A DNA stretch of 64,000 nt from a candidate division WOR-1 bacterium RIFOXYB2_FULL_45_9 (GTDB taxonomy: Bacteria > Margulisbacteria > WOR-1 > O2-12-FULL-45-9 > XYB2-FULL-48-7), in the NCBI GenBank assembly GCA_001771575.1, contig MEUD01000001.1, positions 1,575,470-1,639,469 on the forward strand, read 5' to 3'. A program made the position numbers and the translations under genes. A model generated the notes under the pieces. That model was not told where the DNA came from. It searched no databases and saw nothing but the letters and a program-made list of their open reading frames with translations. This document shows, piece by piece, positions 43,272 through 52,966 of this stretch; position 1 is the stretch's first letter, and every line of letters begins with the position of its first letter.

Positions 43272-44597
43272 ATGAAATATACCGCGCCAAGGGGAACTAA
43301 AGATATTTTGCCGGAAGAAGCCCGGCTCTGGCAGTATATCGAGGACAATTGCCGCGACATCTTCTTCCTGTACAATTATCAGGAGATCCGGACCCCGGTC
43401 TTTGAAGCGACCGAATTGTTTTCCCGCTCGATCGGCCAAACTACCGATATCGTCAAAAAAGAGATGTATACCTTTGCCGATAGGAAGGGAAGAAGTTTAA
43501 CTCTTCGTCCCGAAGCGACCGCGGCGGTGGTCCGGGCCGGGCTCGAGAACAATTTGATCTCGCCCGATAACTTTTCCAAGTTTTTTTATATTGGTCCAAT
43601 GTTCAGGTACGAGCGGCCGCAGGCGGGGCGCCAGCGGCAATTTCATCAGGCGGGAGTCGAAGCGTTCGGCTCCGCCGATCCGTTGCTTGATGCCGAGGTC
43701 ATTGTCATGGCGGTCAAACTTTTTAATTCTCTCGGCTTGACCGGCCTGCGGGTCAACCTTAACTCCGTCGGCTGCGGCAAATGCCAGCCGGGCTACCGGC
43801 AGGCGGTCCAGGATTATTTTCGTTCCCATATCGGCGGGATGTGCGCCGACTGCCAGGAGAGGCTGGAAACCAATCCGATGAGGATCCTCGACTGTAAAGA
43901 AGCGGCCTGCCAGAAAGTGATCGCCGCCGCTCCCGCTTCGGCCAGTCATCTTTGCGAAGAATGCGACGCCCACTTCAAAAAACTTTTAAATTATCTCGAC
44001 GCGGCCAAGGTCGAGTATCAGCGCAGCGATCGGCTGGTCCGGGGACTGGATTATTACACCAAGACCGCTTTTGAGGTCGTTTCCAGCCAGCTCGGCGCCC
44101 AGAACGCGGTTTGCGGTGGCGGGCGCTACGACAACCTGGTGGAGGAGCTGGGGGGGAAGGCGACCCCGGCGATCGGTTTCGCGATCGGACTGGAGCGGCT
44201 GGTCGAGATCATGAAACAGACTAAATTGGCCGGGCACGATTCCCGCGGACTCCTTCTTTATATTGCGACGATCGGCGAGCCGGCCAGAAAGGTCGCTTTT
44301 GACCTCCTGTTAAAAGGCCGCGAGTCGGGGATCCCGGCCGACATGGATTACTCGGGGAAATCGCTCAAAGCCCAGATGAAGGCGGCAGACCGGCAGAAAG
44401 CGCAATACGTCTACATTATCGGCGAAGATGAAGTCGCCAAAGGGGGGGCGGTCCTCAAGAACATGGCGACCTCGGAGGAGCGGACCGTTACCTTTGAGAA
44501 CATTCTCTACGAACCATTTGGCTTGGAAGCGGTCCGGGAAGAGCCATCCTGCGGCGGTTGCGGCGGCAACTGTACTTGCGGCGACGACAATGACTAG
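43272..44597 (+). CDS. hisS: histidine--tRNA ligase with a Cys-rich C-terminal tail
   Basis: Class-II aaRS motifs, HisS-specific RPEATAAVVRA and GGGRYD, and an anticodon-binding domain. Ends with the unusual tail EPSCGGCGGNCTCGDDND. Confidence 0.95.
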   Translation: MKYTAPRGTKDILPEEARLWQYIEDNCRDIFFLYNYQEIRTPVFEATELFSRSIGQTTDIVKKEMYTFADRKGRSLTLRPEATAAVVRAGLENNLISPDNFSKFFYIGPMFRYERPQAGRQRQFHQAGVEAFGSADPLLDAEVIVMAVKLFNSLGLTGLRVNLNSVGCGKCQPGYRQAVQDYFRSHIGGMCADCQERLETNPMRILDCKEAACQKVIAAAPASASHLCEECDAHFKKLLNYLDAAKVEYQRSDRLVRGLDYYTKTAFEVVSSQLGAQNAVCGGGRYDNLVEELGGKATPAIGFAIGLERLVEIMKQTKLAGHDSRGLLLYIATIGEPARKVAFDLLLKGRESGIPADMDYSGKSLKAQMKAADRQKAQYVYIIGEDEVAKGGAVLKNMATSEERTVTFENILYEPFGLEAVREEPSCGGCGGNCTCGDDND

Positions 44598-45606
44598 GGA
44601 AGCCCTTTTTTATAAGAAACTTGAAGACCAGAAAGTAAAGTGCGAGCTTTGCCCTCATCATTGCCTGATCTCCGATCGGGGAAGAGGGATATGCGGGGTC
44701 AGAGAGAATCAGGGGGGGGAGCTGATCTCCCTGGTTTATGGCAAATTGGTCTCCGCGCAGATCGATCCGATTGAAAAAAAACCGCTTTTTCATTTTCTTC
44801 CCGGCTCAACCACTTATTCCATTGCCACGGTCGGCTGTAATTTTCGCTGTGATTTTTGCCAGAATTTCGGGATCTCCCAGTCACCGCGCGATAAGAAAGT
44901 GATCGTCGGTCAGGAAACATCTCCGGAGCAGATTGTCGAAGCAGCCCTGGAGAGCAAGACCCTTAGTATTTCGTATACTTACACCGAGCCGACGATATAT
45001 TACGAATACGCCCTTGATTGCGCTAAGCTGGCCAGGGAAAAGGGATTGAAAAATATTTTTATCACCAACGGATATATCGATCCGGCCCCGCTGGAAGCGA
45101 TCGCCCCTTATCTCGATGCCGCCAATATCGATCTGAAATCTTTCCGCGATGATTTTTACCGGAAGATCTGCGGGGGACAGCTTATGCCGGTGCTGGAAAC
45201 CATTAAGCTGATGAAAAAGTTAAAGATCTGGATCGAGGTGACGACGCTCATTATCCCGGGGGTAAACGATTCTTTGGAGGAGCTGGCCGAAATAGCCGGT
45301 TTTATTCGCGGTCTTGGGGAAGAAACCCCCTGGCACGTTTCCGGGTTTTATCCCGCCAATAAAATGCTTGACCGGCCTCCAACGCCCGCGTCCGCCTTGA
45401 GCAAAGCGCGCGAGATCGGATTAAAGAGCGGGTTACAATACGTCTACGCGGGGAATGTCCCGATCCCGGAGGGGGAAGATACACTTTGTCCTCAATGCGG
45501 CAAGCCGCTGATCACCAGAGCTCAATTTAGAACTTGGTCCAATCTGGTGAATGAAAAGGGTGGCTGTCCGGCTTGCCAGAAGTCGATCGCCGGAGTGTGG
45601 CGTTGA
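44590..45606 (+). CDS. AmmeMemoRadiSam-system radical SAM enzyme
   Basis: N-terminus EALFYKKLEDQKVKCELCPHHCLISDRGRGICGVREN…PIEKKPLFHFLPGS…CNFRCDFCQN closely follows that family. ATG 44590 overlaps the hisS stop. The ORF-track start at 44428 reads through the hisS 3' end. Confidence 0.8.
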   Translation: MTREALFYKKLEDQKVKCELCPHHCLISDRGRGICGVRENQGGELISLVYGKLVSAQIDPIEKKPLFHFLPGSTTYSIATVGCNFRCDFCQNFGISQSPRDKKVIVGQETSPEQIVEAALESKTLSISYTYTEPTIYYEYALDCAKLAREKGLKNIFITNGYIDPAPLEAIAPYLDAANIDLKSFRDDFYRKICGGQLMPVLETIKLMKKLKIWIEVTTLIIPGVNDSLEELAEIAGFIRGLGEETPWHVSGFYPANKMLDRPPTPASALSKAREIGLKSGLQYVYAGNVPIPEGEDTLCPQCGKPLITRAQFRTWSNLVNEKGGCPACQKSIAGVWR

Positions 45607-45607
45607 T

Positions 45608-46456
45608 TTACCCTTTTTGGACGGCAAAGAGGCCGTCGAATTTTATTGATTCGAAGTTAAAGGTCATTACTTGAGCGATTGTTCCTGTCCAGGAACTTAT
45701 CAGGTCCTGGCATGAGACAACCTCTGTTTGAGTTATAAACCAACCGCCCGGCCGCAGGACCCGATAAACCTCTCTCATCACGTCAAGCCGAAAATTAATG
45801 AATTCTTCTCCCCAGCTTAATCCCTTTACCGAGTTAATGAACCCAAAGTAGCTGCAGTCTAAAAAATGAGAGCTGAAGACCAGATCGAACCGTTCCGCTG
45901 GAAATGGAAGTGAACGAGCGTCTGCTTCAATGACCGGAGCGCCGATTTTTTCGGCGTAGGCGATCGCCGCTTTATCTACGTCGATCCCATAGAAGTCCGT
46001 CAAACCCATTTGCTCTTTTAAAAACAAAGGATAAACGCCCCAATTGCTGGCGAGCTGGATCCCGGCTGGTTTAATGTCGGGAAAAACGATCCTTCTAGCC
46101 ATTTCGATCGGAATAAAGGTCTGGTGATATATTTGGTAGTTCATCGGGGTAAATAAATGGGCGTCGAATAGATCTTGCAATAGGGCGGTTCTGACCGCTT
46201 CTTCCTTTGGCGTGTTAAGCAAAAACTTGATCGTTTCCCGGCGAAAGTCATGAGCTTGCCTAAATTCATCGAAGTTTATGTAACCTTGAGCCTGGCCGAT
46301 CTCATCAGCTGAATTTGCGTAAAAACTACTTGGCCGAAACCTGCGCAAATCCCGAGTAGCTTCGAGAAAGACTTTGTTACAAAGGGAAGGAGCCGCGTTG
46401 ACCGCTTGAATAGACATAGCTAAATATATATCGAGAAAATATGCTAAAAATTTCAA
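45608..46456 (-). CDS. class I SAM-dependent methyltransferase
   Basis: Methyltransf_11-type motifs including VLRPGGWF. Confidence 0.65.
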   Translation of the reverse strand: MKFLAYFLDIYLAMSIQAVNAAPSLCNKVFLEATRDLRRFRPSSFYANSADEIGQAQGYINFDEFRQAHDFRRETIKFLLNTPKEEAVRTALLQDLFDAHLFTPMNYQIYHQTFIPIEMARRIVFPDIKPAGIQLASNWGVYPLFLKEQMGLTDFYGIDVDKAAIAYAEKIGAPVIEADARSLPFPAERFDLVFSSHFLDCSYFGFINSVKGLSWGEEFINFRLDVMREVYRVLRPGGWFITQTEVVSCQDLISSWTGTIAQVMTFNFESIKFDGLFAVQKG

Positions 46457-46461
46457 GCATC

Positions 46462-47859
46462 CTATGGATGGCCGGACCCTTTGAAGCCGGATAAACTGAA
46501 AAAACTATAGTTATTGGTTATGTAATCTTCGATTAAATATAGCTTAAATCCTTTAAGTTCGGTGACTTTAGCAAATTCCCTGCTTGCCGCTTCCTTGAAC
46601 TCTTTGGTATCTTCTCCAAAATAGATGACCGTTTCCCCCTTTTTCAGGTCAGGTATTCCCCAAAGCTCATATTGTTTTTCCCCCCAGAGCGGTCCCGGCT
46701 TGAGGAATCCTGTCGCCATATAAGTTTGGCGCCCGGTGTAAAACTCAAGGAGGGAGGCGGAGACGTTGGTCCGGGCGAAGAGCTTGGTCTCTTTAGGGAG
46801 AAGGGTCGCCAATTCTTTGTTGCGGGCGTACTCTTTTTGATGAAGCAAGACCCCCGGAGAGACCAAGAGCAGGACCGCTAAGATCAGCGCGGTGAAAAGA
46901 GCGATCCAAAGAATGAACTTTTTTAGTGATTTGCCGTTTTCATCAAGATAGGCGACGGTCAGGGGGAGGGCGGCCAGGTACCCGATCGACGGCCAGTGGG
47001 CCCAAACCTTGACCTTGACCGAGAGGAGGAGGAATAGAAGGATGATCGGAAAAGAGAAAGAGAACAACAGCCTGGAGAGATCGTTCTTTTTTAATGAGTA
47101 GGCAAAGACCGGGACCAGCGCAAAGAGCAGGAAAGGGGTGAAGTGGACCAGCTGGTCGCCGATAAAAGGGAGGAGCCCGCTAAACCAGACGGAGGTCCCA
47201 ACCTTCGCGCCATGAAAAGAGAATGAGACCCAGTCCAGCCGGCTGTTCCAGACAAGGACCGGGGAGAAAAGGCCAAGGCTTAGTCCGAGGCAGAGGTAAG
47301 GTTGTTTTCTCTTTAGCCAGAAACGGTTGGCCGGAGAGACGATAAAGAAGAGCAGGAGGGCGGGCCAGAAAAGTATCATGGTATATTTGCTCAAAGTCCC
47401 CAGGCCAACGACAATCCCCAGCAGATACCAGTAATATTTTTGCTGGGTTTTGACGATCTTGACCATTAGCCAGACCGCCAGGGCCCAGAAAATGGCCAGC
47501 GGGAGCTCAACGAACTGGGTTAGCCAGATGACCAGATAATGAGGGAGAAGAAGAAAGAGGGCTGTAGACCAAAAAGCGACCCGCCGGTTAAACGCTTCCA
47601 GGGAGATGAAATAGATAAGCAAGGCGACTCCCAGACTGATGAGTGCGGCGCCGAGCCGCAGGGTCAGGAGGTTGGGCTGGCCAAAGGTCGTCAGATAATT
47701 GATCAGGGCGATCATCGGGGGATGGTCGACATATGATAGGTTAAGATGTCTTGCCCAGAGCCAGTAATATGATTCATCAGCGGTCAGGGGGAAGAGTATC
47801 CCCAGGGCGAGTCGAAAAAAAGTCGCGATGGTGATGAGAAGCAAGAGGTTGGTTGGCAT
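46462..47859 (-). CDS. ArnT/PMT-like (GT39/GT83, PMT_2) polytopic membrane glycosyltransferase, paralog 1
   Basis: Start set at MPTNLLL (47859). N-terminal loop DESYYWLWARHL…VDHPPM is the conserved DE-x-YY motif of polyprenyl-phosphate-sugar-dependent GT-C enzymes. More than 10 TM helices. C-terminal soluble domain WGIPDLKKGETVIYF. Confidence 0.75.
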   Translation of the reverse strand: MPTNLLLLITIATFFRLALGILFPLTADESYYWLWARHLNLSYVDHPPMIALINYLTTFGQPNLLTLRLGAALISLGVALLIYFISLEAFNRRVAFWSTALFLLLPHYLVIWLTQFVELPLAIFWALAVWLMVKIVKTQQKYYWYLLGIVVGLGTLSKYTMILFWPALLLFFIVSPANRFWLKRKQPYLCLGLSLGLFSPVLVWNSRLDWVSFSFHGAKVGTSVWFSGLLPFIGDQLVHFTPFLLFALVPVFAYSLKKNDLSRLLFSFSFPIILLFLLLSVKVKVWAHWPSIGYLAALPLTVAYLDENGKSLKKFILWIALFTALILAVLLLVSPGVLLHQKEYARNKELATLLPKETKLFARTNVSASLLEFYTGRQTYMATGFLKPGPLWGEKQYELWGIPDLKKGETVIYFGEDTKEFKEAASREFAKVTELKGFKLYLIEDYITNNYSFFSLSGFKGSGHP

Positions 47860-47872
47860 TAATTTATTATAG

Positions 47873-49159
47873 ATGATTTTTCCGGAAAAAACATTGAAAT
47901 TTACCGGTCGCCCGACAGATAAACATTTGATGTCAATTAGGCTTACGGACCAAACCAAACGGCCGGTGTTGCTCACCGCCGCGCAAACGCCGTTCATTAA
48001 CCGCGGCAAATATCAGGAAGTCTTGCGGCAATGTGGCCTCGATCGGGAAACCCCCTGGGGGATGACTTACGAAGTTTGCCGGCAGGAGAAGCTCAGCGGC
48101 TCGCTTACTCTGGCGGAAGAAATTCTTTGCCACCGCGGACGGCTTGACTGGGTTGAAGAATGTGAAGAAGGCTACCGCTTGCATGGGCCGCTTGCCATGG
48201 AGATGCGGGTGGAAACCTGCGCCGATGAGGCGACCCGCGACGAGGCGCGGCTGACTCTCCTTGCCGATTTCCGGCGGTTCGGCTATCAAACCGCCTTGCT
48301 GGCGATGGATCCGGCCGAGTATGACACGGTCAATCCCGGCTTTAACGATGAGGCGATCGCCAGGGGCCTTATGCCGCGCGATCTGCTGCTGATCAAAAGA
48401 GAACAGGAGTTGCCGGGTTCGATCGGCCTCTCGTTCCCGCGCGATCTTTTTACCCAGCTGGCGGAAACGGTTTATATCAATCCGGACGCCGGGGTTTTTG
48501 ATTGGCGGCCGTTATTTAATTGGGCAGGTGGCGGCTTGCGGCAGAATTACAGCCGAATTGGTTGCGGCGGTGAGGTCGTTATTGGTGATAAGTACGCCTT
48601 CCTGTCGGAGCAGTACATTCCCGACCTTTCTTTTCTCCCTCCGGAACAGCGGCTCATGCTGGAAATGGAATCGCGGCTTTTCAATATGGTGACGATCGGC
48701 GAAACGGAAGCGACCCTGCGAAGATTTGGGCGGCAAGTTTTCCGGGTCCCTTACGGTTGGACCGATATTTTTCCCCGCCAGCTGCTGGCCGAGCTTGGTA
48801 CTTCCAAACGGTTTTTGGTGCCGAACGACCACGCTGACATGAACCTGATGCACTTGCCGGACGAGAACGCCATTCTCACGGCGGAGCCGTATTATCTGGA
48901 GAACAGGGAATTGATCGATCGGCTTCTGGAAGAGGTCAAACCCGACCTGTTTCGCGTTTTACCGGAAGAGGACGGCCTGCCGGTCAATTTGCTCCCGCTA
49001 CCGGGCGGCGGGGTTTACCTCGATCAGGCGGCCGTTGCCGCGGCCCGGATCTTGCGGGCAGCGGGGATCAGGGTAGAAACAACTTCACGGCTATTTGGCA
49101 CCTTCCTCTGGGGCTCGCAGGGCGGGATACACTGCGCCACTAATACGCTTTGGTTATAA
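47873..49159 (+). CDS. hypothetical enzyme with amidinotransferase/agmatine-deiminase-superfamily-like C-terminus
   Basis: 428-aa ORF ending …LWGSQGGIHCATNTLWL. G-G-x-H-C-x-T at the extreme C-terminus is the catalytic-Cys signature of guanidino-group-modifying enzymes (agmatine deiminase, PAD). The rest of the fold was not verified. Confidence 0.45.
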   Translation: MIFPEKTLKFTGRPTDKHLMSIRLTDQTKRPVLLTAAQTPFINRGKYQEVLRQCGLDRETPWGMTYEVCRQEKLSGSLTLAEEILCHRGRLDWVEECEEGYRLHGPLAMEMRVETCADEATRDEARLTLLADFRRFGYQTALLAMDPAEYDTVNPGFNDEAIARGLMPRDLLLIKREQELPGSIGLSFPRDLFTQLAETVYINPDAGVFDWRPLFNWAGGGLRQNYSRIGCGGEVVIGDKYAFLSEQYIPDLSFLPPEQRLMLEMESRLFNMVTIGETEATLRRFGRQVFRVPYGWTDIFPRQLLAELGTSKRFLVPNDHADMNLMHLPDENAILTAEPYYLENRELIDRLLEEVKPDLFRVLPEEDGLPVNLLPLPGGGVYLDQAAVAAARILRAAGIRVETTSRLFGTFLWGSQGGIHCATNTLWL

Positions 49160-50765
49160 CCAGTTCGGAATAATTGTCCCGTGCCAGCACTTTTCCTCGG
49201 ATCTTCGCTTTTTCCCAGCTCTTAGTATCGCTTAGGACGACCGCTTTTTCTGTTTTTAAAAAATCTTTCAACTTGGCTTGGTCCCAGGCATAAAGGTCGG
49301 CTGGCCCGCTCATGAAGTCGACGTAAAAAAGGTCGGGACTATAAAAGAGCTGGCGGTCCGGCGGACGGTAGATAACCAGGGCGTAGCCCTGGCGGGTATA
49401 ATCATTGATCAAGGCCGGCCATTTGACGTCCGGATTGAACGAATTGACCAATGGGAGCGAAACGTAAAACAAGGCGTTGTAAGCCAACATAGTTAAAACG
49501 CAAAAAACGACAAGTTTATTCCAGGCCGGCCGGACCAGGTAAAAGAAAAGCCAACTCAAAGCGACGACAAATAGTCCGATCGGCAAAAGGGCGTCGCCAA
49601 GATAGATCCCATCGCCGTTATACGGTTTATTAAACAACGTAATAAATCCGACCGCAAAGATCAGCCAAAAGATGAGGTTCCAGAGTAATTCAATACGGAA
49701 ACCTGCGAATAAATCCGCCGCGGCGGACGGTTTCCGTATTTTCCATTGGATGGCGGTTAGTTTAAGCGCTGCTAAAATCGCCAGCGGTGGGACAAAGACG
49801 GTAAAGGTCCGCAGGTCGTTCTGGCGGTAGAAGAACAAGAGAAAGAGCAAATTTGACCAGAACCAGAGGTTGCAGAAGTGGTAGAGGCTAAGGCGGTGGG
49901 AGGGCTTCGGCAAGCTTATCGCCGTCATCGCGAGCGGCGCCCAGGGGAAAATGATGATCAAAAGGTAGCCGATGACTGACGTATAAAAACCAAAGCCGAG
50001 GTAGCTGGTATTGTATTTACTTTGAATGGTGATACTGCGCAGGTACGGCAGCCATTGATCGCCGAGCGGAATAATTTGGAGGGCCAGGACGCCGCCGATG
50101 AGCAGGAGAAGCAAGAAAGCGGTCAGGATTAGGTGGTAAGAGAAAACGAAACGAAAAAGCTTTGAGCGGGCCTCTTTGTTGAAAATCAAAAGAAAAATGA
50201 CTGTTAGCCCGGGGAGAAGGAGGCCAAAGCCGGATTTGACGAGAAAGCCGCAGGCCAGAGCGACGGTAAAAAGATAGATCGAGCTTGGGCGATCTTTCTT
50301 AATAAAATCATAAAGCGCCAGATGGGCCAGAGTGACAAAAAGCGGCAAGAGAATATCGAGCTTTGGCGCGCGCGAATAAGCGACCAATCCGAGACTGGTC
50401 CCGGCGATGATCGCGGCAAGGAGGGCGAGCCGCTGACCGCTTGCTCTCCTAATATAAAAATAGATCAAGGCCAGCAGGGCGGCAAAATAAAGGACATTGG
50501 CAAGGTGGACCGTTAGTTCGCTGACGCCGAATAGTTTCATCGGCCAGGCGAGAAGCCAGATCCCGAGCGGCGGTTTGTCGAGAAAAGAGGCGGGGTCGCC
50601 CGGTGAAATATATTGAGCCAGCCATTGATTGTGGACAACCGCGTTCTTGGCCGCCAGGGCGTAAAGAGAGGCGTCGTCGTTCTGCAACGGATTGCGCGGC
50701 AAGGTAGCGAAAGAGACCAGAATGAAAAGGCCGAGGCAAAGGGCAAGGACAAGGCGCAGGTTCAT
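49140..50765 (-). CDS. ArnT/PMT-like (GT39/GT83) membrane glycosyltransferase, paralog 2
   Basis: Polytopic. N-terminal loop DASLYALAAKN…PPLGIWLLA. Same architecture as the other paralogs. Confidence 0.7.
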   Translation of the reverse strand: MNLRLVLALCLGLFILVSFATLPRNPLQNDDASLYALAAKNAVVHNQWLAQYISPGDPASFLDKPPLGIWLLAWPMKLFGVSELTVHLANVLYFAALLALIYFYIRRASGQRLALLAAIIAGTSLGLVAYSRAPKLDILLPLFVTLAHLALYDFIKKDRPSSIYLFTVALACGFLVKSGFGLLLPGLTVIFLLIFNKEARSKLFRFVFSYHLILTAFLLLLLIGGVLALQIIPLGDQWLPYLRSITIQSKYNTSYLGFGFYTSVIGYLLIIIFPWAPLAMTAISLPKPSHRLSLYHFCNLWFWSNLLFLLFFYRQNDLRTFTVFVPPLAILAALKLTAIQWKIRKPSAAADLFAGFRIELLWNLIFWLIFAVGFITLFNKPYNGDGIYLGDALLPIGLFVVALSWLFFYLVRPAWNKLVVFCVLTMLAYNALFYVSLPLVNSFNPDVKWPALINDYTRQGYALVIYRPPDRQLFYSPDLFYVDFMSGPADLYAWDQAKLKDFLKTEKAVVLSDTKSWEKAKIRGKVLARDNYSELVITKAY

Positions 50766-52134
50766 GGAACAAGACCGCCTTTATAACCCTCGGCGTGAAA
50801 GATCTGGGTCAGTTTGGGGAGGTCGGCGTCTTTATTGAACAATCGCCGCTGTGGTTCGGTCCAGACCCGGCGAAAGAGGGGTTTGAGCTTGTCGGACAAC
50901 TCTTTTTCATTAATAGCGAAGTAGATGATATTGTCCCCCTTCTTTAGCTCCGGGATCCCCCACAGGTCAACTTGTTTGAGCCGTCCCGGCGCCATGTTGA
51001 CTCTGACCTGTCCATGGAAAGCGACCAGCCCGAGGATCCCCAGATCATTGGCAAAGTAATAGGTGCGACCGGTTTTTGGAGTGGTTTCTTTTAAATAAGT
51101 TGGCAGTTGGGAATTGATTGTAAACTCTCTTCCCCGCAGGTCGGCCGGAGTTGGATAAAAGAAAAGAAAATAGGAGAATCCACCGACGTTAAGGAGGAGG
51201 GCGAAGCCGATCAGGACACTGATTGCCCAGCGTTTCAGCTTGCCGCTGGCGGCGATCGCCGGGAAATAGGCGCAGGCCGGCCAATGTCCCCCGACGTTCA
51301 TGATCGGGCTGATGAGGGCGAAGGGGAGAAAGACCGCTCCGGCAAGTACGGCCAATAATTTGTTTTTCGCTTTAAAGATCAAATAGATCGTCCCAAAAAA
51401 GATGGGGGGGGTGTAGAGGAGTGTTTGCAGTCCGAAAAAATTAAGGAGGTTGTCGCCGATCCGTGGGCCGGCCCCCATTTTTCCGCCCCAATAGAAGAGG
51501 GGGGTAAAACCGAGACCAAAGTTCCAGACAATAACGGGGAGGAAAAGGCCGAGGCTAAGGCACAGGCCAAGGTAAGGTTCTATTCTTTTGAACCAGAAGC
51601 GTTGATCTTTTTCGATCGCGAAAAAAACGACGGTCGCGATGATAAAAAGAGCCATGACGTAGTCGCTTAGCAGGCCGAGGCCGACCGCCATCCCCAGATA
51701 GTACCAGTATTTGCCGTTGCCGCTCTTGATGAGCCTGACCAGCAGGTAAAAGCTCAACGACCAGAAAAGAAAGACCAGCATTTGCGGGACCAGAAACATC
51801 CCGCCGCCAAAAAAAGTCGGGATCAGATTGAAAAAGAGAGCGCTCTTGAGGGCGGTTTGCCGGTCAAAGAGCTCCCTGGCGGTCAGATAGACCAGATAAG
51901 TTACCATGAGGACGATCGTCAGCGCCGCCAGGCGGATCGCCAGTTCGCTGTTGCCAAAAAGGGTCGATAAGACCCGGTTGAGGTAAGCGATCATTGGAGG
52001 ATGGTCGACATAGCTAAAAGCAAGATGTTGTCCCCAAAGCCAGTAATAAGCTTCGTCCCCAATTAGCGGAAAGTACCTGATCATTCCGAGCTTGAGGAGT
52101 GTAATAGCGGCAATTAATAAAAGCGGCAAATTCA
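50762..52134 (-). CDS. ArnT/PMT-like (GT39/GT83) membrane glycosyltransferase, paralog 3
   Basis: Start set at MNLPLLLIA (52134). GDEAYYWLWGQHL…VDHPPMIAY motif. C-terminal WGIPELKKGDNIIYF as in paralog 1. The ORF-track 713-aa version carries a 256-aa spurious N-terminal extension antisense to the gene at 52154. Confidence 0.75.
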
Positions 52135-52153
52135 TGCTAAAATTATAACACAT

Positions 52154-52966
52154 ATGACGCAGAACATCGGTTTGATGCTGACCCGGAACGAAGAAGACGT
52201 GATCGACGAGGTCATGGCGGCCAACAAAAAGTATTTCGACAAGATCATGGTTCTGGACGGTTCCGACGATCGGACCGAAGAGATCGTCAGAAGCTATGAC
52301 TGCGTGAAGTACTTCCTTAAAGATAAAGAAATTATTGACCGGCTCCCGAACCGGAAGTTTGAAGATGGGGCCCGCCAGTTCTTGCTGGAAAAAGCCCAGG
52401 AGATGTACCCGGTAGAAGGCTGGTTCACTTTGCTTCACGGAGACGAGGTCTGGCATGACGACCCGAATTGGGTCGCCAATGAGGCGGAAAAAGCCCGCGC
52501 CGAAAAAGTTAACTGGTACGTGATGAACTTTTTCCTCCATCCGTCTGATAAAGAGCGTGACCTTGGGGCGATCAAATCGGTCCAGGAGCGGGTCCTCTGG
52601 TACTGTCCAGGCTACCTTGAGATCCGTCAGTTCCGCAACAAGCCGGGGATCTATTACGATCTTGGCCAGCGGAACAACACCTTGCCCCACGGGATCGGCT
52701 GGCAGATCTATAAGCATTTCCCGGTCTATAAGCATTATCCGTACCGCTCTGTCAGCCAGATGATGAAAAAAAAGGAACAGCACCAGAAGTCGGGTTTTTC
52801 GGTCAGTTACGAAAAACTCCAGTCGGCCGACGATTGCTTTGTGCCGATCCTGCCGAATTATAAGCAGGCGCGCCGCTTCGACGGATCCTTCCACGAATTT
52901 CAACTAAATAAACAGGGGTCGCTTCTTAGTCGCTGGCTAAGAGGGCATAAATTTATCACATGGTAA
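52154..52966 (+). CDS. putative GT-A fold glycosyltransferase (GT2-like, divergent)
   Basis: GLMLTRNEEDVIDEVM…KIMVLDGSDDRT resembles the GT2 N-terminal Rossmann/DXD region. Assignment tentative. Confidence 0.45.
   Translation: MTQNIGLMLTRNEEDVIDEVMAANKKYFDKIMVLDGSDDRTEEIVRSYDCVKYFLKDKEIIDRLPNRKFEDGARQFLLEKAQEMYPVEGWFTLLHGDEVWHDDPNWVANEAEKARAEKVNWYVMNFFLHPSDKERDLGAIKSVQERVLWYCPGYLEIRQFRNKPGIYYDLGQRNNTLPHGIGWQIYKHFPVYKHYPYRSVSQMMKKKEQHQKSGFSVSYEKLQSADDCFVPILPNYKQARRFDGSFHEFQLNKQGSLLSRWLRGHKFITW

Noticed and set aside
44428-44589. Upstream extension of the radical SAM ORF
   Set aside because: It reads through the hisS 3' end in another frame. The family N-terminus begins at the ATG overlapping the hisS stop.
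52135-52903. 713-aa version of the ArnT paralog 3 ORF
   Set aside because: The N-terminal 256 aa are antisense to the well-formed + strand gene 52154..52966 and lack TM or GT-C features. A clean ATG with the family N-terminus exists at 52134.
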